Shown: one piece after another, positions 48,313 through 58,137 of the stretch | Layout of the letters: each line of letters starts with the position of its first letter | Position numbering within the stretch: position 1 is the first letter of the stretch | Source of the DNA: Pseudomonadota bacterium | GTDB lineage: Bacteria; Pseudomonadota; Gammaproteobacteria; Burkholderiales; Rhodocyclaceae | Length of the DNA stretch: 64,000 nt | NCBI GenBank assembly: GCA_018241665.1 | Contig: JAFEDK010000008.1 | Coordinates: 391,050 to 455,049, forward strand | Direction of reading: 5' to 3' | Program-made: the position numbers and the translations under genes | The notes under the pieces: model-generated | The model's database searches: none | Told to the model about the DNA's origin: nothing | What the model saw: the letters and a program-made list of their open reading frames with translations, nothing else

Positions 48313-49199
48313 CATGCCTTGGCCGGGGCGAAGCCTTTTGCCACGAGCCAGTCGAGCGTCGCAGCAGATACCGCCTCGACCTCACCGGCCCCCGACAAAG
48401 TGTGATCGGCATCCGGAAAGCGCCGGACGTCCACGTTACCCCGCGCCATCAGCGCTTGCCAGGCCGGGCTGGAGGACAGCGCAGCCTCGAACTCACGGGC
48501 CACATAGTCCTTGCCGCTCAGAAAGATTGCCACCGGTTCACCCTCCCGCACGGCGAGGCCACGCCGCATTCGCTCCGGGAGGGCCAAGCTACGGTCGGCC
48601 CCCGCAGCCGGCTCGACGGCTGCACTGCTTCTGCGCGCAGCCTTGGCGATCGAAAACAAGGACCGGAGGGATTGCCCTATGCGGACCCCGCCCCCCAGCA
48701 GCTTCTTCCAGAATGACGGATCGATCAGCCTCTGCAGGTAGTAGTGCTTGAGAAACACCTTGGCCTCGCCAGCCTCGGTATGAACCCAGGGGTTCAGCAG
48801 GACGGATCCCGCCACTCTCGGATCGCCGGCGGCCGGATAGAAACAGACTGCGCTGGCGCCATCGCACAGGCCCCACAAGACCACGCGACGCAAGCCAGGC
48901 TGAGTCTTGAAAAAGGCATCGATGGCGGCCCGGATATCCAGACTGACGTCTTCGAAGTCACGCGCTGCGCCGCTCCCATCCCCCATCCCACGATAGTCGA
49001 AGCGCATGCATGGCACGCCGCGTGCGGCAAGGTGACGCGCCAACTGCACGAACTGCCGGTGGGAGCCGACCCGGTATTGCGGCCCCCCCACCACGACGAG
49101 TACACCAACCTCGGCCGCCTCGGAGGGGGCCGAGACGATTCCCAGCAAGGACTCACCGGCGCATTCGAAAAAGAATGGGAACTCCCGCGAGGCTGTCAT
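48312..49199 (-). CDS. Alpha/beta hydrolase 1, exosortase-A system associated (TIGR03100-like)
   Basis: VVGGPQYRVGSHRQFVQLAR, FDYRGMGD, elbow WGLCDGASA, LLNPWV, ADHT. Confidence 0.9.
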   Translation of the reverse strand: MTASREFPFFFECAGESLLGIVSAPSEAAEVGVLVVVGGPQYRVGSHRQFVQLARHLAARGVPCMRFDYRGMGDGSGAARDFEDVSLDIRAAIDAFFKTQPGLRRVVLWGLCDGASAVCFYPAAGDPRVAGSVLLNPWVHTEAGEAKVFLKHYYLQRLIDPSFWKKLLGGGVRIGQSLRSLFSIAKAARRSSAAVEPAAGADRSLALPERMRRGLAVREGEPVAIFLSGKDYVAREFEAALSSSPAWQALMARGNVDVRRFPDADHTLSGAGEVEAVSAATLDWLVAKGFAPAKA

Positions 49200-50026
49200 G
49201 CAAACGCCTCCAGCGCCCGCACCGACGCATCGATGAGTTCGGGACAGGTCTCGATTTCGAGGGTCTGCCAGAAGGCTGGCCCCGCTATCGCTTCCGCCCT
49301 CGCCGCAATCCCGCCTCCCTGCCAGCGCTCAATGAGCATCCGCAAGGCCGGGGTCACGTCCTCACGCCCGGCACTCCCCACTTCAAGCGCAACCACCGGC
49401 GCCGAATATGCTTCGGGCAATCCCAGACTGGCTGTTTCAAATCCTTGGGCGAGCGCAGGCGGCATGGCATAACCGGCCACCTGCACCGAGGCGCCGGCCT
49501 TCAGTGACGCCCGGGCGGCATCCATCGCCGCCTTCGCATCGACGTCAGCCAGCATCTCGCTTGCCGCCTTCAGCCGCAGGAACTGTGTCAGATGCTGACG
49601 CCCGTTGCTTACCGGCTGCCAAAGCAGGAGCGGGGCGACGAAGTCTCCCGTGCGGAGCCAATCGGCCAGTACCAGCCCTCCCCCGCGCATGCCCCACAAG
49701 GCGATCCGCCCGGTCCGATTGGCCGACGTCCACGCATAAGCATCCTGGCAATCGTGAATCCACGATTGCCAGGATGCTTCCTCGAACTCGCCACCGCTAT
49801 CACCGCAGCCGGTCAAATCGATCTGCAGCGTCGACCATCCTCTGGAAGCGAAGGCCTCGACGGCAAGCGCCACCATACGCCGGGATTTGTTCATTTCCTC
49901 GGCGAAGGCATGCACGAAGATCAGCGTGCCGATCTCATCCGGAGCCAGGGTCAGGAGGCAGAAACGATCGCCCGCAGTGCCCCCCGGGAGGTAGAAAACC
50001 TCCCGTTGCGGCCTCGGCCTGGCCAT
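49196..50026 (-). CDS. Alpha/beta hydrolase 2, exosortase-A system associated (TIGR03101-like)
   Basis: HAFAEEMNKSRRM, DLTGCGDS.G, elbow LWGMRGG, LLWQPV.NG...LTQFLRL, GPAFWQT.EI. Confidence 0.9.
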   Translation of the reverse strand: MARPRPQREVFYLPGGTAGDRFCLLTLAPDEIGTLIFVHAFAEEMNKSRRMVALAVEAFASRGWSTLQIDLTGCGDSGGEFEEASWQSWIHDCQDAYAWTSANRTGRIALWGMRGGGLVLADWLRTGDFVAPLLLWQPVSNGRQHLTQFLRLKAASEMLADVDAKAAMDAARASLKAGASVQVAGYAMPPALAQGFETASLGLPEAYSAPVVALEVGSAGREDVTPALRMLIERWQGGGIAARAEAIAGPAFWQTLEIETCPELIDASVRALEAFA

Positions 50027-50275
50027 TCAGCCTAGCTTTCCATTCACGAAAGCAATCAGGGAACCCACGGACTCAAAGGTCGAGCCATCGATCTCATCGT
50101 CCTCGACGATGAAGCCGAAACGCTCTTCCAGCATGTTGATCACCCCGACGACCGCCATCGAATCCAAGTCCGGCAGCGCACCCAGCAGAGGGGTGTCAAG
50201 ATCGAACTGGGCTGTATTCCCCCCCAGGCTCAAGACCTCGTCGAGAATAGACAGTACTTCCTTCTTCGTATCCAA
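50027..50275 (-). CDS. Acyl carrier protein
   Basis: 82 aa, acidic; PLLGALPDLDSMAVV phosphopantetheine Ser motif; ERFG..V.DDEI. Confidence 0.9.
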   Translation of the reverse strand: MDTKKEVLSILDEVLSLGGNTAQFDLDTPLLGALPDLDSMAVVGVINMLEERFGFIVEDDEIDGSTFESVGSLIAFVNGKLG

Positions 50276-50514
50276 AAGCTAACTCCAATCGGGTAACCAA
50301 ACACACGGACAGCATCCCGAACATACGGCCGGGTAACAGCAAGACTGATATCATTATATGCGAGCCGCCCATCCTACGGACCGTGATGTAGATGACAAGC
50401 TCAGCAAGCCTCTTGTACGACAGCCCTGATTCGCGTTCCGGAGCCAGCCTTGGTGCCCGTGAGCATCAACAATCCGGCCCTCGTCGTATCGTCCCTTCGC
50501 GCCCGTGTGACCCC

Positions 50515-51240
50515 ATGCCCCTCAAGCGCATCCTCAACAACTTCGCCCAACTGGGCGCCTTCAATGGCTGCCTGTATCTCGCCGACCGAGTGCTCCGGGC
50601 TCTCAGCGCCGATCATGTTTACCTGAAGCGGTACTACCTCGTCGCCCAGCCGGTACAGGACCAGCCCGCGTGCCGCCCATCAGCAAAGAACCCCGTTATT
50701 CTCCTTGAGCACGGCTCTCCGCTGAACGCCCTGTTCCCGCGCCCGCCCGAGGTCATCGCCAAGCGCATCAGCGATGGGGCGCACTGCTTCGTCGCCCTCG
50801 CAGGGGAAGAGTTCGCCGGCTTCCTTTGGCTGGCCTTCAATGCCTATGACGAAGACGAGGTGCGCTGCCGCTACGAACTCGCCGACCCGCAGCATTGCGC
50901 CTGGGACTACGACGTGCATGTGGAACCGAAATACCGCATCGGCCGCACCTTTGCCCGCCTGTGGGACAGTGCCAATGCACACCTCGCCGGGCGTGGAATC
51001 AACTGGAGCATTTCGCGCATTTCCGCGTTCAATCCGGCATCGCTGGCAGCCCATGGACGTCTTGGCATCCGCACCCTGTGCAGCGCAAATTTCCTGTGCA
51101 TTGGCCCGCTGCAGATCAGCGTGATCAGTGCCGCCCCTTGGTTCCACGTGAGCCTGTCCTCCGCGTCCCGCCCCCGCGTCCGCCTGCTCCCGCCCGGGCA
51201 TGCCGAAGGACAGCCCGTGCATGGCTTGTCGCAGCATTGA
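50515..51240 (+). CDS. GNAT-like acyltransferase (hypothetical)
   Basis: Start MPLKRIL (ATG 50515). FAGFLWL, WDYDVHVEPKYRIGR, RISAFNPASLAAHGRLG resemble GNAT motifs A/B. Confidence 0.6.
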   Translation: MPLKRILNNFAQLGAFNGCLYLADRVLRALSADHVYLKRYYLVAQPVQDQPACRPSAKNPVILLEHGSPLNALFPRPPEVIAKRISDGAHCFVALAGEEFAGFLWLAFNAYDEDEVRCRYELADPQHCAWDYDVHVEPKYRIGRTFARLWDSANAHLAGRGINWSISRISAFNPASLAAHGRLGIRTLCSANFLCIGPLQISVISAAPWFHVSLSSASRPRVRLLPPGHAEGQPVHGLSQH

Positions 51241-51345
51241 GACAGCCCCTCGGTTACACTCCCGGGGCCTATTCATATCAAATTCAAGCTACCACTCCTG
51301 CAGCGGGCCATTGACTGCGCCGCGCCAGGAGCGAGACACGAGCAC

Positions 51346-52599
51346 ATGTCTGATCGACGCGTACTGATGATCGCCTACCACTACCCACCCGTAAGGGTTA
51401 GTAGCGGAATTCAGCGTACCCTGAAATTCTCCCAGTATCTCCGCGAGCACGACTGGGAGCCCATGATCCTGACGGTCTCACCGAAGGCCTACGAGTCGGT
51501 CAGCGACGACCAGATGAAGGAAATTCCTCCGGGCCTGGTGGTCGAGCGCGCCTTTGGTCTCGACACCGCCCGTCACCTCTCGGTCAAGGGTCGCTATCTG
51601 CGCTGGATGGCACAGCCCGATCGTTGGGTGAGCTGGTGGCCGGCCGGGGTGATCAAGGGACTCGGCCTGATCCGCAAGTATCGTCCGAAGGCGATCTTTT
51701 CCACTTTTCCGATTGCCACAGCCCACCTGATTGCCCTCACTCTGCACCGGCTGTCGGGCCTCCCGCTGATCGTCGATTTCCGGGATGCGATGACCGAACC
51801 GGGCTACCCGACCAACCCCGTCACCTGGGGGGTCCATCGTCGGCTTGAAAAAGCACTGATCAAGCACTGCACGCACGCAATCTTCACAACCACCGGCACC
51901 CGCGACATGTACGCGGAGCGCTATCCGGACAAGCCGGCCAACTGCTGGGCCGTCATCGAGAACGGCTTCGACGAAGACAACTTCCGCGACGCCGAAAGCG
52001 GGCTCGATACCAGCAGTCGACTCGGTCCTGCGGGGCAGATGGTTCTCATCCATAGCGGGCTGCTGTACCCCGAGGAGCGTGACCCCAAGCCATTCTTTGC
52101 AGCGCTGCGGGACATGAAGAATGCAGGAGAGATATCGCCGGACAGCTTGCATGTGATTCTGCGCGCCACCGGAAGCGACGACTACTACCACAAGCTCCTG
52201 TCCGAGCACCGCATCGACGACATCGTTTCGATTCAACCGACGATCGCCTACCGCAGCGCACTCCAGGAAATGATGCGCGCCGACGGCTTGCTGCTGTTGC
52301 AGGGAGCAAGCTGCAACAAGCAGATCCCGGCCAAACTGTACGAATACGCCCGGGCCGGCAAGCCGATCATTGCACTGACCGACTTCGATGGCAGCACTGC
52401 CGCGCTGATGAAGAAGCTGGACGTCCCCTGGGTCGCCGATATCGCCGACGCATCCGCGATCCGGCGCCTCCTCAATGAAGCAATCCGTCTCTGGCAGGCC
52501 CGGCAGCTGGAAGGTGTTCCCCGCGCCCTGTCGGACACGTGCTCCCGACGTGCAAGGACGGCGGAGCTCGCGCAACTGCTGGACGCCCTCCCCGAATAG
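51346..52599 (+). CDS. GT-B glycosyltransferase (family 4-like)
   Basis: VLMIAYHYPP, RTLKF.QYL...GW, DFRD, IENGFD, IPAKLYEY.RAGKPI. Confidence 0.85.
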   Translation: MSDRRVLMIAYHYPPVRVSSGIQRTLKFSQYLREHDWEPMILTVSPKAYESVSDDQMKEIPPGLVVERAFGLDTARHLSVKGRYLRWMAQPDRWVSWWPAGVIKGLGLIRKYRPKAIFSTFPIATAHLIALTLHRLSGLPLIVDFRDAMTEPGYPTNPVTWGVHRRLEKALIKHCTHAIFTTTGTRDMYAERYPDKPANCWAVIENGFDEDNFRDAESGLDTSSRLGPAGQMVLIHSGLLYPEERDPKPFFAALRDMKNAGEISPDSLHVILRATGSDDYYHKLLSEHRIDDIVSIQPTIAYRSALQEMMRADGLLLLQGASCNKQIPAKLYEYARAGKPIIALTDFDGSTAALMKKLDVPWVADIADASAIRRLLNEAIRLWQARQLEGVPRALSDTCSRRARTAELAQLLDALPE

Positions 52600-52730
52600 G
52601 CGATGAAGATTTGTCATAAGGTGCATTCCTGCACGCCGTCCGACCGGGAAAGCTAGGATAGACTGCGCGAACTCCATGACTGGTGGATTCACCCTATACC
52701 AACGGGTTCGACCTATCGTTCTCTGAATCA

Positions 52731-54332
52731 ATGCTCAACACCACCCTACTCCACGAACTGATCAGTGCCTCCGCCGAACGGATGCCGGCCTCACCGGCCC
52801 TGACTGCAGGCGCGACCACCCTGAACTACGCCGATCTCGACACCCAGGTCGCCGGTTTTTCGGCAGGCCTAATCAACCTGGGGCTTGAGCGGGGGGAGCG
52901 CGTCGGCATCTTTCTGGAAAAGCGCATTGAAACCGTCGTTGCCAGCTTTGGCTCGGCCCGCGCTGGCTGTGCCTTCGTGCCGGTCAATCCGATCCTCAAG
53001 GGCGAGCAGGTCATGCACATCCTGCGGGACTGCAACGCCCGTCTGCTGGTGACCTCGGCAGAGCGCCTGCCCCTCCTCGCTGAAGCGCTGGCGCACTGCC
53101 ACGACCTGTGCCACGTTGTGCTGACCACCCGCCCGGCCACGCCGCCGGTCCTGGCGGGCATCAATATCATCCAGTGGGATGAGCTCCTGTCCGCACCGCC
53201 GCGAGCCGGACACCGGGTCATCGATACCGATCTGCTGTCTATCCTTTACACATCCGGCAGCACCGGCCGCCCTAAGGGCGTCGTCTTATCCCACCGCAAC
53301 ATGGTGGCCGGCGCCAAGAGCGTTGCAAGCTATCTCGGCAACAAACCCGAGGACACCCTGCTTGCCGCCCTGCCCCTGTCCTTCGACGCCGGCTTCTCCC
53401 AGCTGACCACAGCGTTTCACAGCGGTGCGCGAGTTGTGCTGCTCAACTACCTGCTTCCGCAGGACGTACTCAAGGCCGTGGTTCGCGAAAAGGTCACCGG
53501 CCTCACCGCCGTACCCCCGCTCTACATCCAGCTCGCCCAGCTTAAATGGCCCGAGAGCGTGTCCGAGCACCTGCGATACTTCGCCAACACCGGCGGACGC
53601 ATGCCCCTGGAAACCCTCAAGGCTTTGCGCACCCAGCTCCCACAGGCCAAGCCTTTCCTGATGTATGGCCTCACAGAGGCCTTCCGTGCCACCTTCCTTC
53701 CGCCGGAACAGGCCGACATCCGTCCTGACTCGATCGGCAAGGCCATCCCCAATGCCGAAGTGATGGTGCTGCGGGAGGACGGTTCGGAGTGCAGCCCCAA
53801 CGAACCCGGCGAGCTTGTTCAACGCGGCGCCCTTGTGGCGATGGGCTACTGGAACGACGCAGACAAGACAGCCGAGCGCTTCAAGCCGCTGCCCAACACG
53901 GCACCGGGCCGCCAAGCGGGGTTTGTGCTGCCGGAAATCGCCGTTTTCTCTGGTGATACCGTCCGTCGTGACGAAGAAGGCTACCTGTACTTCATCGGCC
54001 GCCGGGACGAAATGATGAAGACATCCGGCTACCGGGTCAGCCCGACCGAAGTCGAGGAGATCCTGTACAGCACGCAGCTCGTCGGTGAATGCGTTGCCTT
54101 CGGCGTACCGCATCCGGCGCTAGGCCACTCGATCTGCGTCATAGCCACGGGCAAGGACGGCACGCCTCTCGACACAGCCGCGCTGCTGAACGAGTGCAAA
54201 CAACGGATGCCGGCCTACATGGTCCCCAGCGTCATCGAGTCACGGGACGGTCCGCTACCGCGCAATCCAAATGGCAAGATCGATCGCAAGACGCTTTCCA
54301 CCGAATTTGAACAGAACCACAAGGTACAGTGA
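52731..54332 (+). CDS. Acyl-CoA ligase (AMP-forming), exosortase-A system associated (TIGR03098-like)
   Basis: ILYTSGSTGRPKGV, LPLSFDAG, MYGLTEAFR, GRRDEMMKTSGYRVSP, NGKIDR. Start ATG 52731. Confidence 0.92.
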   Translation: MLNTTLLHELISASAERMPASPALTAGATTLNYADLDTQVAGFSAGLINLGLERGERVGIFLEKRIETVVASFGSARAGCAFVPVNPILKGEQVMHILRDCNARLLVTSAERLPLLAEALAHCHDLCHVVLTTRPATPPVLAGINIIQWDELLSAPPRAGHRVIDTDLLSILYTSGSTGRPKGVVLSHRNMVAGAKSVASYLGNKPEDTLLAALPLSFDAGFSQLTTAFHSGARVVLLNYLLPQDVLKAVVREKVTGLTAVPPLYIQLAQLKWPESVSEHLRYFANTGGRMPLETLKALRTQLPQAKPFLMYGLTEAFRATFLPPEQADIRPDSIGKAIPNAEVMVLREDGSECSPNEPGELVQRGALVAMGYWNDADKTAERFKPLPNTAPGRQAGFVLPEIAVFSGDTVRRDEEGYLYFIGRRDEMMKTSGYRVSPTEVEEILYSTQLVGECVAFGVPHPALGHSICVIATGKDGTPLDTAALLNECKQRMPAYMVPSVIESRDGPLPRNPNGKIDRKTLSTEFEQNHKVQ

Positions 54333-55576
54333 TGAGTGACGCCAACCGCGAAAAGCCGGTTCATGTGCCGATGGACCAATTCCAGTCCACCGACGGCGAG
54401 CTGCTGGTCGGTGGCATTCCACTTCGCCGCCTTGCCGAGCGCGTAGGCCAGACACCGTTCTATGCCTATGACCGCGGCTTGCTGACACGGCGCGTCAACG
54501 AACTGCGCGCAGCCCTGCCGGTGGGAATCAAGATCCACTACGCCATGAAGGCCAACCCGATGCCGGCAGTGGTCGATCACATGGCCCGCCTCGTGGACGG
54601 GATCGATGTGGCTTCAGCGCGGGAGCTCAAGATTGCTCTCGACAGCGGCGCCAACCCGCGCGACATCAGCTTTGCAGGCCCCGGCAAGCGCCACGAGGAA
54701 CTCCGCCAAGCCGTCGCCGCCGGAATCCTGATCAATATCGAATCCTTCCGTGAAGTCGCTGAACTGGCCGCCATCCGCCAGGAAAGCGGCTGGCCAGTGC
54801 GCGTCGCGGTCCGCGTGAATCCCGACTTCGAACTGAAGAGTTCCGGCATGAAGATGGGGGGCGGCCCCAAGCAATTCGGGGTCGATGCCGAGCGCGTCCC
54901 CGAACTACTCGCCGATATCGGCCGTGCCGGCCTCGCCTTCGAAGGCTTCCACCTGTTCGCCGGCTCCCAGAACCTACGCCCCGAAGCCATCGTTGAGGCC
55001 CAGCGCAAGTGCTTCGATCTGGCTGTTCGCCTCGCAGAAGCAGCCCCGGCACCTGTCAAGTTCCTGAATCTAGGCGGCGGCTTCGGCATCCCCTACTTCC
55101 CCGGCGAGCAACGTCTCGACCTGACGAGCATCGGAGCCAATCTGAAGGCAATCGAAGAGGAAGCCGCGAGCAAGTTCCCGGGCGCCGAAATCGTCATCGA
55201 ACTGGGGCGCTATCTCGTCGGTGAGGCGGGAGTCTATGTCTGCAGTATCGTGGATCGTAAGGATTCCCGCGGCCATACATTCCTGGTTGCCGATGGCGGC
55301 CTCCACCACCACTTGTCCGCATCGGGCAATTTCGGCCAGGTCATTCGGAAGAACTATCCGGTGAGCATCGGTAACCGAATCGGTGAATCGGCTAGCGAGA
55401 ACGTGTCCGTCGTTGGCCCCCTATGTACGCCACTCGACATCCTGGCCGACAGGATGCAACTTCCTGCCGCACAGCCAGGCGACCTGGTTGTGGTTTTTCA
55501 GTCCGGAGCCTACGGGGCCAGCGCCAGTCCCCAGACCTTCCTGGACCATCCACGAGTCGTCGAAATCCTCGTCTGA
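54329..55576 (+). CDS. PLP-dependent group IV decarboxylase, exosortase-A system associated (TIGR03099-like)
   Basis: TPFYAYD, YAMKANP (PLP Lys), FAGPGK, HLFAGSQ, NLGGGFG, ELGRYLV, GPLCTPLD, GAYG. Confidence 0.92.
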   Translation: MMSDANREKPVHVPMDQFQSTDGELLVGGIPLRRLAERVGQTPFYAYDRGLLTRRVNELRAALPVGIKIHYAMKANPMPAVVDHMARLVDGIDVASARELKIALDSGANPRDISFAGPGKRHEELRQAVAAGILINIESFREVAELAAIRQESGWPVRVAVRVNPDFELKSSGMKMGGGPKQFGVDAERVPELLADIGRAGLAFEGFHLFAGSQNLRPEAIVEAQRKCFDLAVRLAEAAPAPVKFLNLGGGFGIPYFPGEQRLDLTSIGANLKAIEEEAASKFPGAEIVIELGRYLVGEAGVYVCSIVDRKDSRGHTFLVADGGLHHHLSASGNFGQVIRKNYPVSIGNRIGESASENVSVVGPLCTPLDILADRMQLPAAQPGDLVVVFQSGAYGASASPQTFLDHPRVVEILV

Positions 55577-55588
55577 TAAAGGATCGAT

Positions 55589-55633
55589 AAAAAGCCGAGG
55601 GGCGACGTCGATGACGTCGCCCCTCGGCTTTTT
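55589..55633. terminator. Bidirectional Rho-independent terminator
   Basis: Perfect 21-bp inverted repeat AAAAAGCCGAGGGGCGACGTC-GAT-GACGTCGCCCCTCGGCTTTTT between convergent genes. Confidence 0.92.
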
Positions 55634-55683
55634 ATTTGGTGCCGGAAAACGAAGCTGCCGTACCGGAAAACCCCCGAACGAAC

Positions 55684-55983
55684 TCAGCCAAAATGATCGT
55701 CCGGCAGGGATTCCACCTGCAGATCATTATCCTTCGCAAAGTTGCGCAGAAAGTTGTAAGCCAACGGTTCAATTTCGTGGATACGTGCGTCCACCAACAC
55801 CGTCTTGTCTCCCCGCAAATTACACGCTGGCCGTACATACGGAGAATACGTCATGCGATTGTCCGCTCCGAAGACGGACATGATCCCGCACAAGCGATCC
55901 GCCCAATCACTAGGACGAAAAGTCCTTCCATCACTGGTGCGACCAACGATAACGAAATTTTCGATTTTTTGAATCATGTGCAA
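55684..55983 (-). CDS. DUF3579-like protein
   Basis: GRTSDGRTFRPSDWADRLCG...YSPYV.P....VD......P.AY.FL.NFAKDNDL. Confidence 0.82.
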   Translation of the reverse strand: MHMIQKIENFVIVGRTSDGRTFRPSDWADRLCGIMSVFGADNRMTYSPYVRPACNLRGDKTVLVDARIHEIEPLAYNFLRNFAKDNDLQVESLPDDHFG

Positions 55984-56180
55984 TGACTGAAATGATTTCG
56001 CCGAACAGCAGCCTTACCAACAAGCGCTCCCCCCGTCTCCCTTTCGCGGCGAGGCTCCAAAAAACACTTTATGGAACGTAGTCCGACCTGCCTCCACCCA
56101 GAAGAAACCATGACTGCATGAATGCTAGACGATCATTCTTGGACATACAAACGCTAGCAAACTGGCTCATCCGCGCCCCC

Positions 56181-56213
56181 AAAAGCAAAACTGTGGACCT
56201 TGGCCCACAGTTT
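56181..56213 (-). terminator. Rho-independent terminator of the nuo/DUF2818 transcript
   Basis: AAACTGTGG/CCACAGTTT 9-bp stem followed on the minus strand by TGCTTTT. Confidence 0.7.
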
Positions 56214-56285
56214 CGTTCGTTCATAGCCTTATCAAGGCACACCGCGATCTCCTTTTTGGCATCCGCCGGCTAGCGCGAAGCCGCT

Positions 56286-56585
56286 CTAGGATTTCAGCTC
56301 TCGGGACCAGAGATGGCGATAGACGAAGCCCGGGTAAGCAAAGACCACGAACATGCACACCGTAATGGCAAAAAACTCCCAATTCTGCGAATAACGGGAG
56401 CCATTCTCGGATGCTTCCCTGGCAACCAGCAAAGCACCGCCCAAGCCGTAATAAACACCCAGCTCCACAATTCGCAGCAGAACGGTCTTTCCAGCCGACA
56501 AGCGCAAGACGCAGAAAAGCCGTTCAGTGAGAAAAGGCAGGTTGGCCAAGGCAAACAAGAATACGAATTCTCCAATGTGCCCCAC
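56286..56585 (-). CDS. DUF2818-like small membrane protein
   Basis: ANLPFLTERLF, ELGVYY, YSQNWEFFAIT.CMF.VFAYPGFVYR.L; usual position after nuoN. Confidence 0.82.
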   Translation of the reverse strand: MGHIGEFVFLFALANLPFLTERLFCVLRLSAGKTVLLRIVELGVYYGLGGALLVAREASENGSRYSQNWEFFAITVCMFVVFAYPGFVYRHLWSRELKS

Positions 56586-56630
56586 CTATCGCCTGCCTTT
56601 CCTGATCAGCCGTTTTTGACGTGCCAGCTC

Positions 56631-58097
56631 TTAGAGCGAACCGAGCAACGAATACGCACAGAGAGACATCAGGGCCTGAGGAGCCAGACCAAGCACCGCA
56701 ATCGCGATCCCGTTCAACGACAGCAGCGCACGCATGTCAGCCGGTGCCGTCAGCGGCGTGGCCTCCAAAGGCTCGTCGAAGTACATGATCTTGACGACGC
56801 GCAGATAGTAGAAGGCGCCAATCAGCGACATCACCACCGCAAGAATTGCGATCCAGATGTAACCCGCAGCGACCACGGCCTGAAGCACGGAGAACTTGGC
56901 GAAGAAGCCAACGAAGAACGGGATGCCCGCCATCGAGAACATCACCATCGCCATCACGCCGGCGAACCAGGAGTTGCGCTTGTTCAGCCCCTTGAAGTCG
57001 TCCAGTGCTTCGGCTTCGAAACCGGCGCGCGACAGCAGCAGCAGCACGCCGAAGGACGCCAAGCTCATGAGCACATAGGAAACGACATAGAACATCGCGG
57101 AGCTATATGCATTGAGCGCGAAGTGCCGATCACCACCAACCACGCCCGAAACCAGGCCCAGCAGCATGAAACCCATGTGGGAGATACCGGAATAACCCAG
57201 CATGCGCTTGAGGTTGGACTGGGCGATCGCAGCCAGGTTACCCAACACGATCGACAGCACTGCGAGCACCATCAGCATGGACTGCCATTGCTCGGCAAAC
57301 TCAAAAAGGCCATTGACGAGCAGGCGCATGGCCATCGCGAAAGCAGCCAGTTTAGGCGCGGAAGCAATGAACAGGGTGATGGACGTCGGAGCACCGTGAT
57401 AGACGTCGGGAATCCACATATGGAAAGGCACGACGCCCAGCTTGAAGGCCAGACCCGCCACGATGAACACCAAGCCGAACATGAGTACGGTCTTGTTGCC
57501 TGCCTGCTGGTAAATCGCTTGAGCCACGCCGGAAATTTCCAAGGTGCCGGCACCGCCGTACAGCATGGAAATGCCATACAACAGAAGACCGGAAGCCAGC
57601 GCGCCCAGCACGAAATACTTCATGGCCGCCTCGGTGGCACGTGCTGAATCGCGCAGCAGCGCAACCATGGCATACAGTGCAAGGGACAGCAGTTCAAGAC
57701 CCAGGTAGATGGTCAGGAAATGATTGGCGGTGATCATCACCATCATGCCCAAGGTCGCAAAGATCGCCAGCACATAGTACTCAGTGGTTTCGATCTTGCG
57801 GTCATTCATGTAACTGCGCGAATACAGGAGCGCGATCGCCACCGCGAAGTAGAGGACGAGCTTCAGGAAATCACCCATCAGATCATCCACGTACATATTG
57901 CTGAACGTGAAGCTCACCTGCCCGTCCATCGTGAACAATGTGATTGCAGCCGCTCCGATCAGCGTCAGCTGACTCAGCGCGTAAGCCACATTGCGCGGAT
58001 GCTTCGAGAAAGTCCCCGCCAGGAGAATCACGAAGGACATTGCAACGACGAACAACTCGGCCGCCGCTGGGTAAAAATCAGGGATTACAAAGTTCAT
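56631..58097 (-). CDS. nuoN: NADH-quinone oxidoreductase subunit N
   Basis: [49 protein letters not shown]. Confidence 0.96.
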   Translation of the reverse strand: MNFVIPDFYPAAAELFVVAMSFVILLAGTFSKHPRNVAYALSQLTLIGAAAITLFTMDGQVSFTFSNMYVDDLMGDFLKLVLYFAVAIALLYSRSYMNDRKIETTEYYVLAIFATLGMMVMITANHFLTIYLGLELLSLALYAMVALLRDSARATEAAMKYFVLGALASGLLLYGISMLYGGAGTLEISGVAQAIYQQAGNKTVLMFGLVFIVAGLAFKLGVVPFHMWIPDVYHGAPTSITLFIASAPKLAAFAMAMRLLVNGLFEFAEQWQSMLMVLAVLSIVLGNLAAIAQSNLKRMLGYSGISHMGFMLLGLVSGVVGGDRHFALNAYSSAMFYVVSYVLMSLASFGVLLLLSRAGFEAEALDDFKGLNKRNSWFAGVMAMVMFSMAGIPFFVGFFAKFSVLQAVVAAGYIWIAILAVVMSLIGAFYYLRVVKIMYFDEPLEATPLTAPADMRALLSLNGIAIAVLGLAPQALMSLCAYSLLGSL

Positions 58098-58137
58098 CTT
58101 AAGGCCACATTCCGCTGGTTTCGTATCCGTTACAGGC

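Noticed and set aside
55984-56285. Possible ncRNA in the 300-nt gap between the DUF2818-like and DUF3579-like genes
   Set aside because: Only a terminator hairpin is evident; the remainder fits a promoter region.
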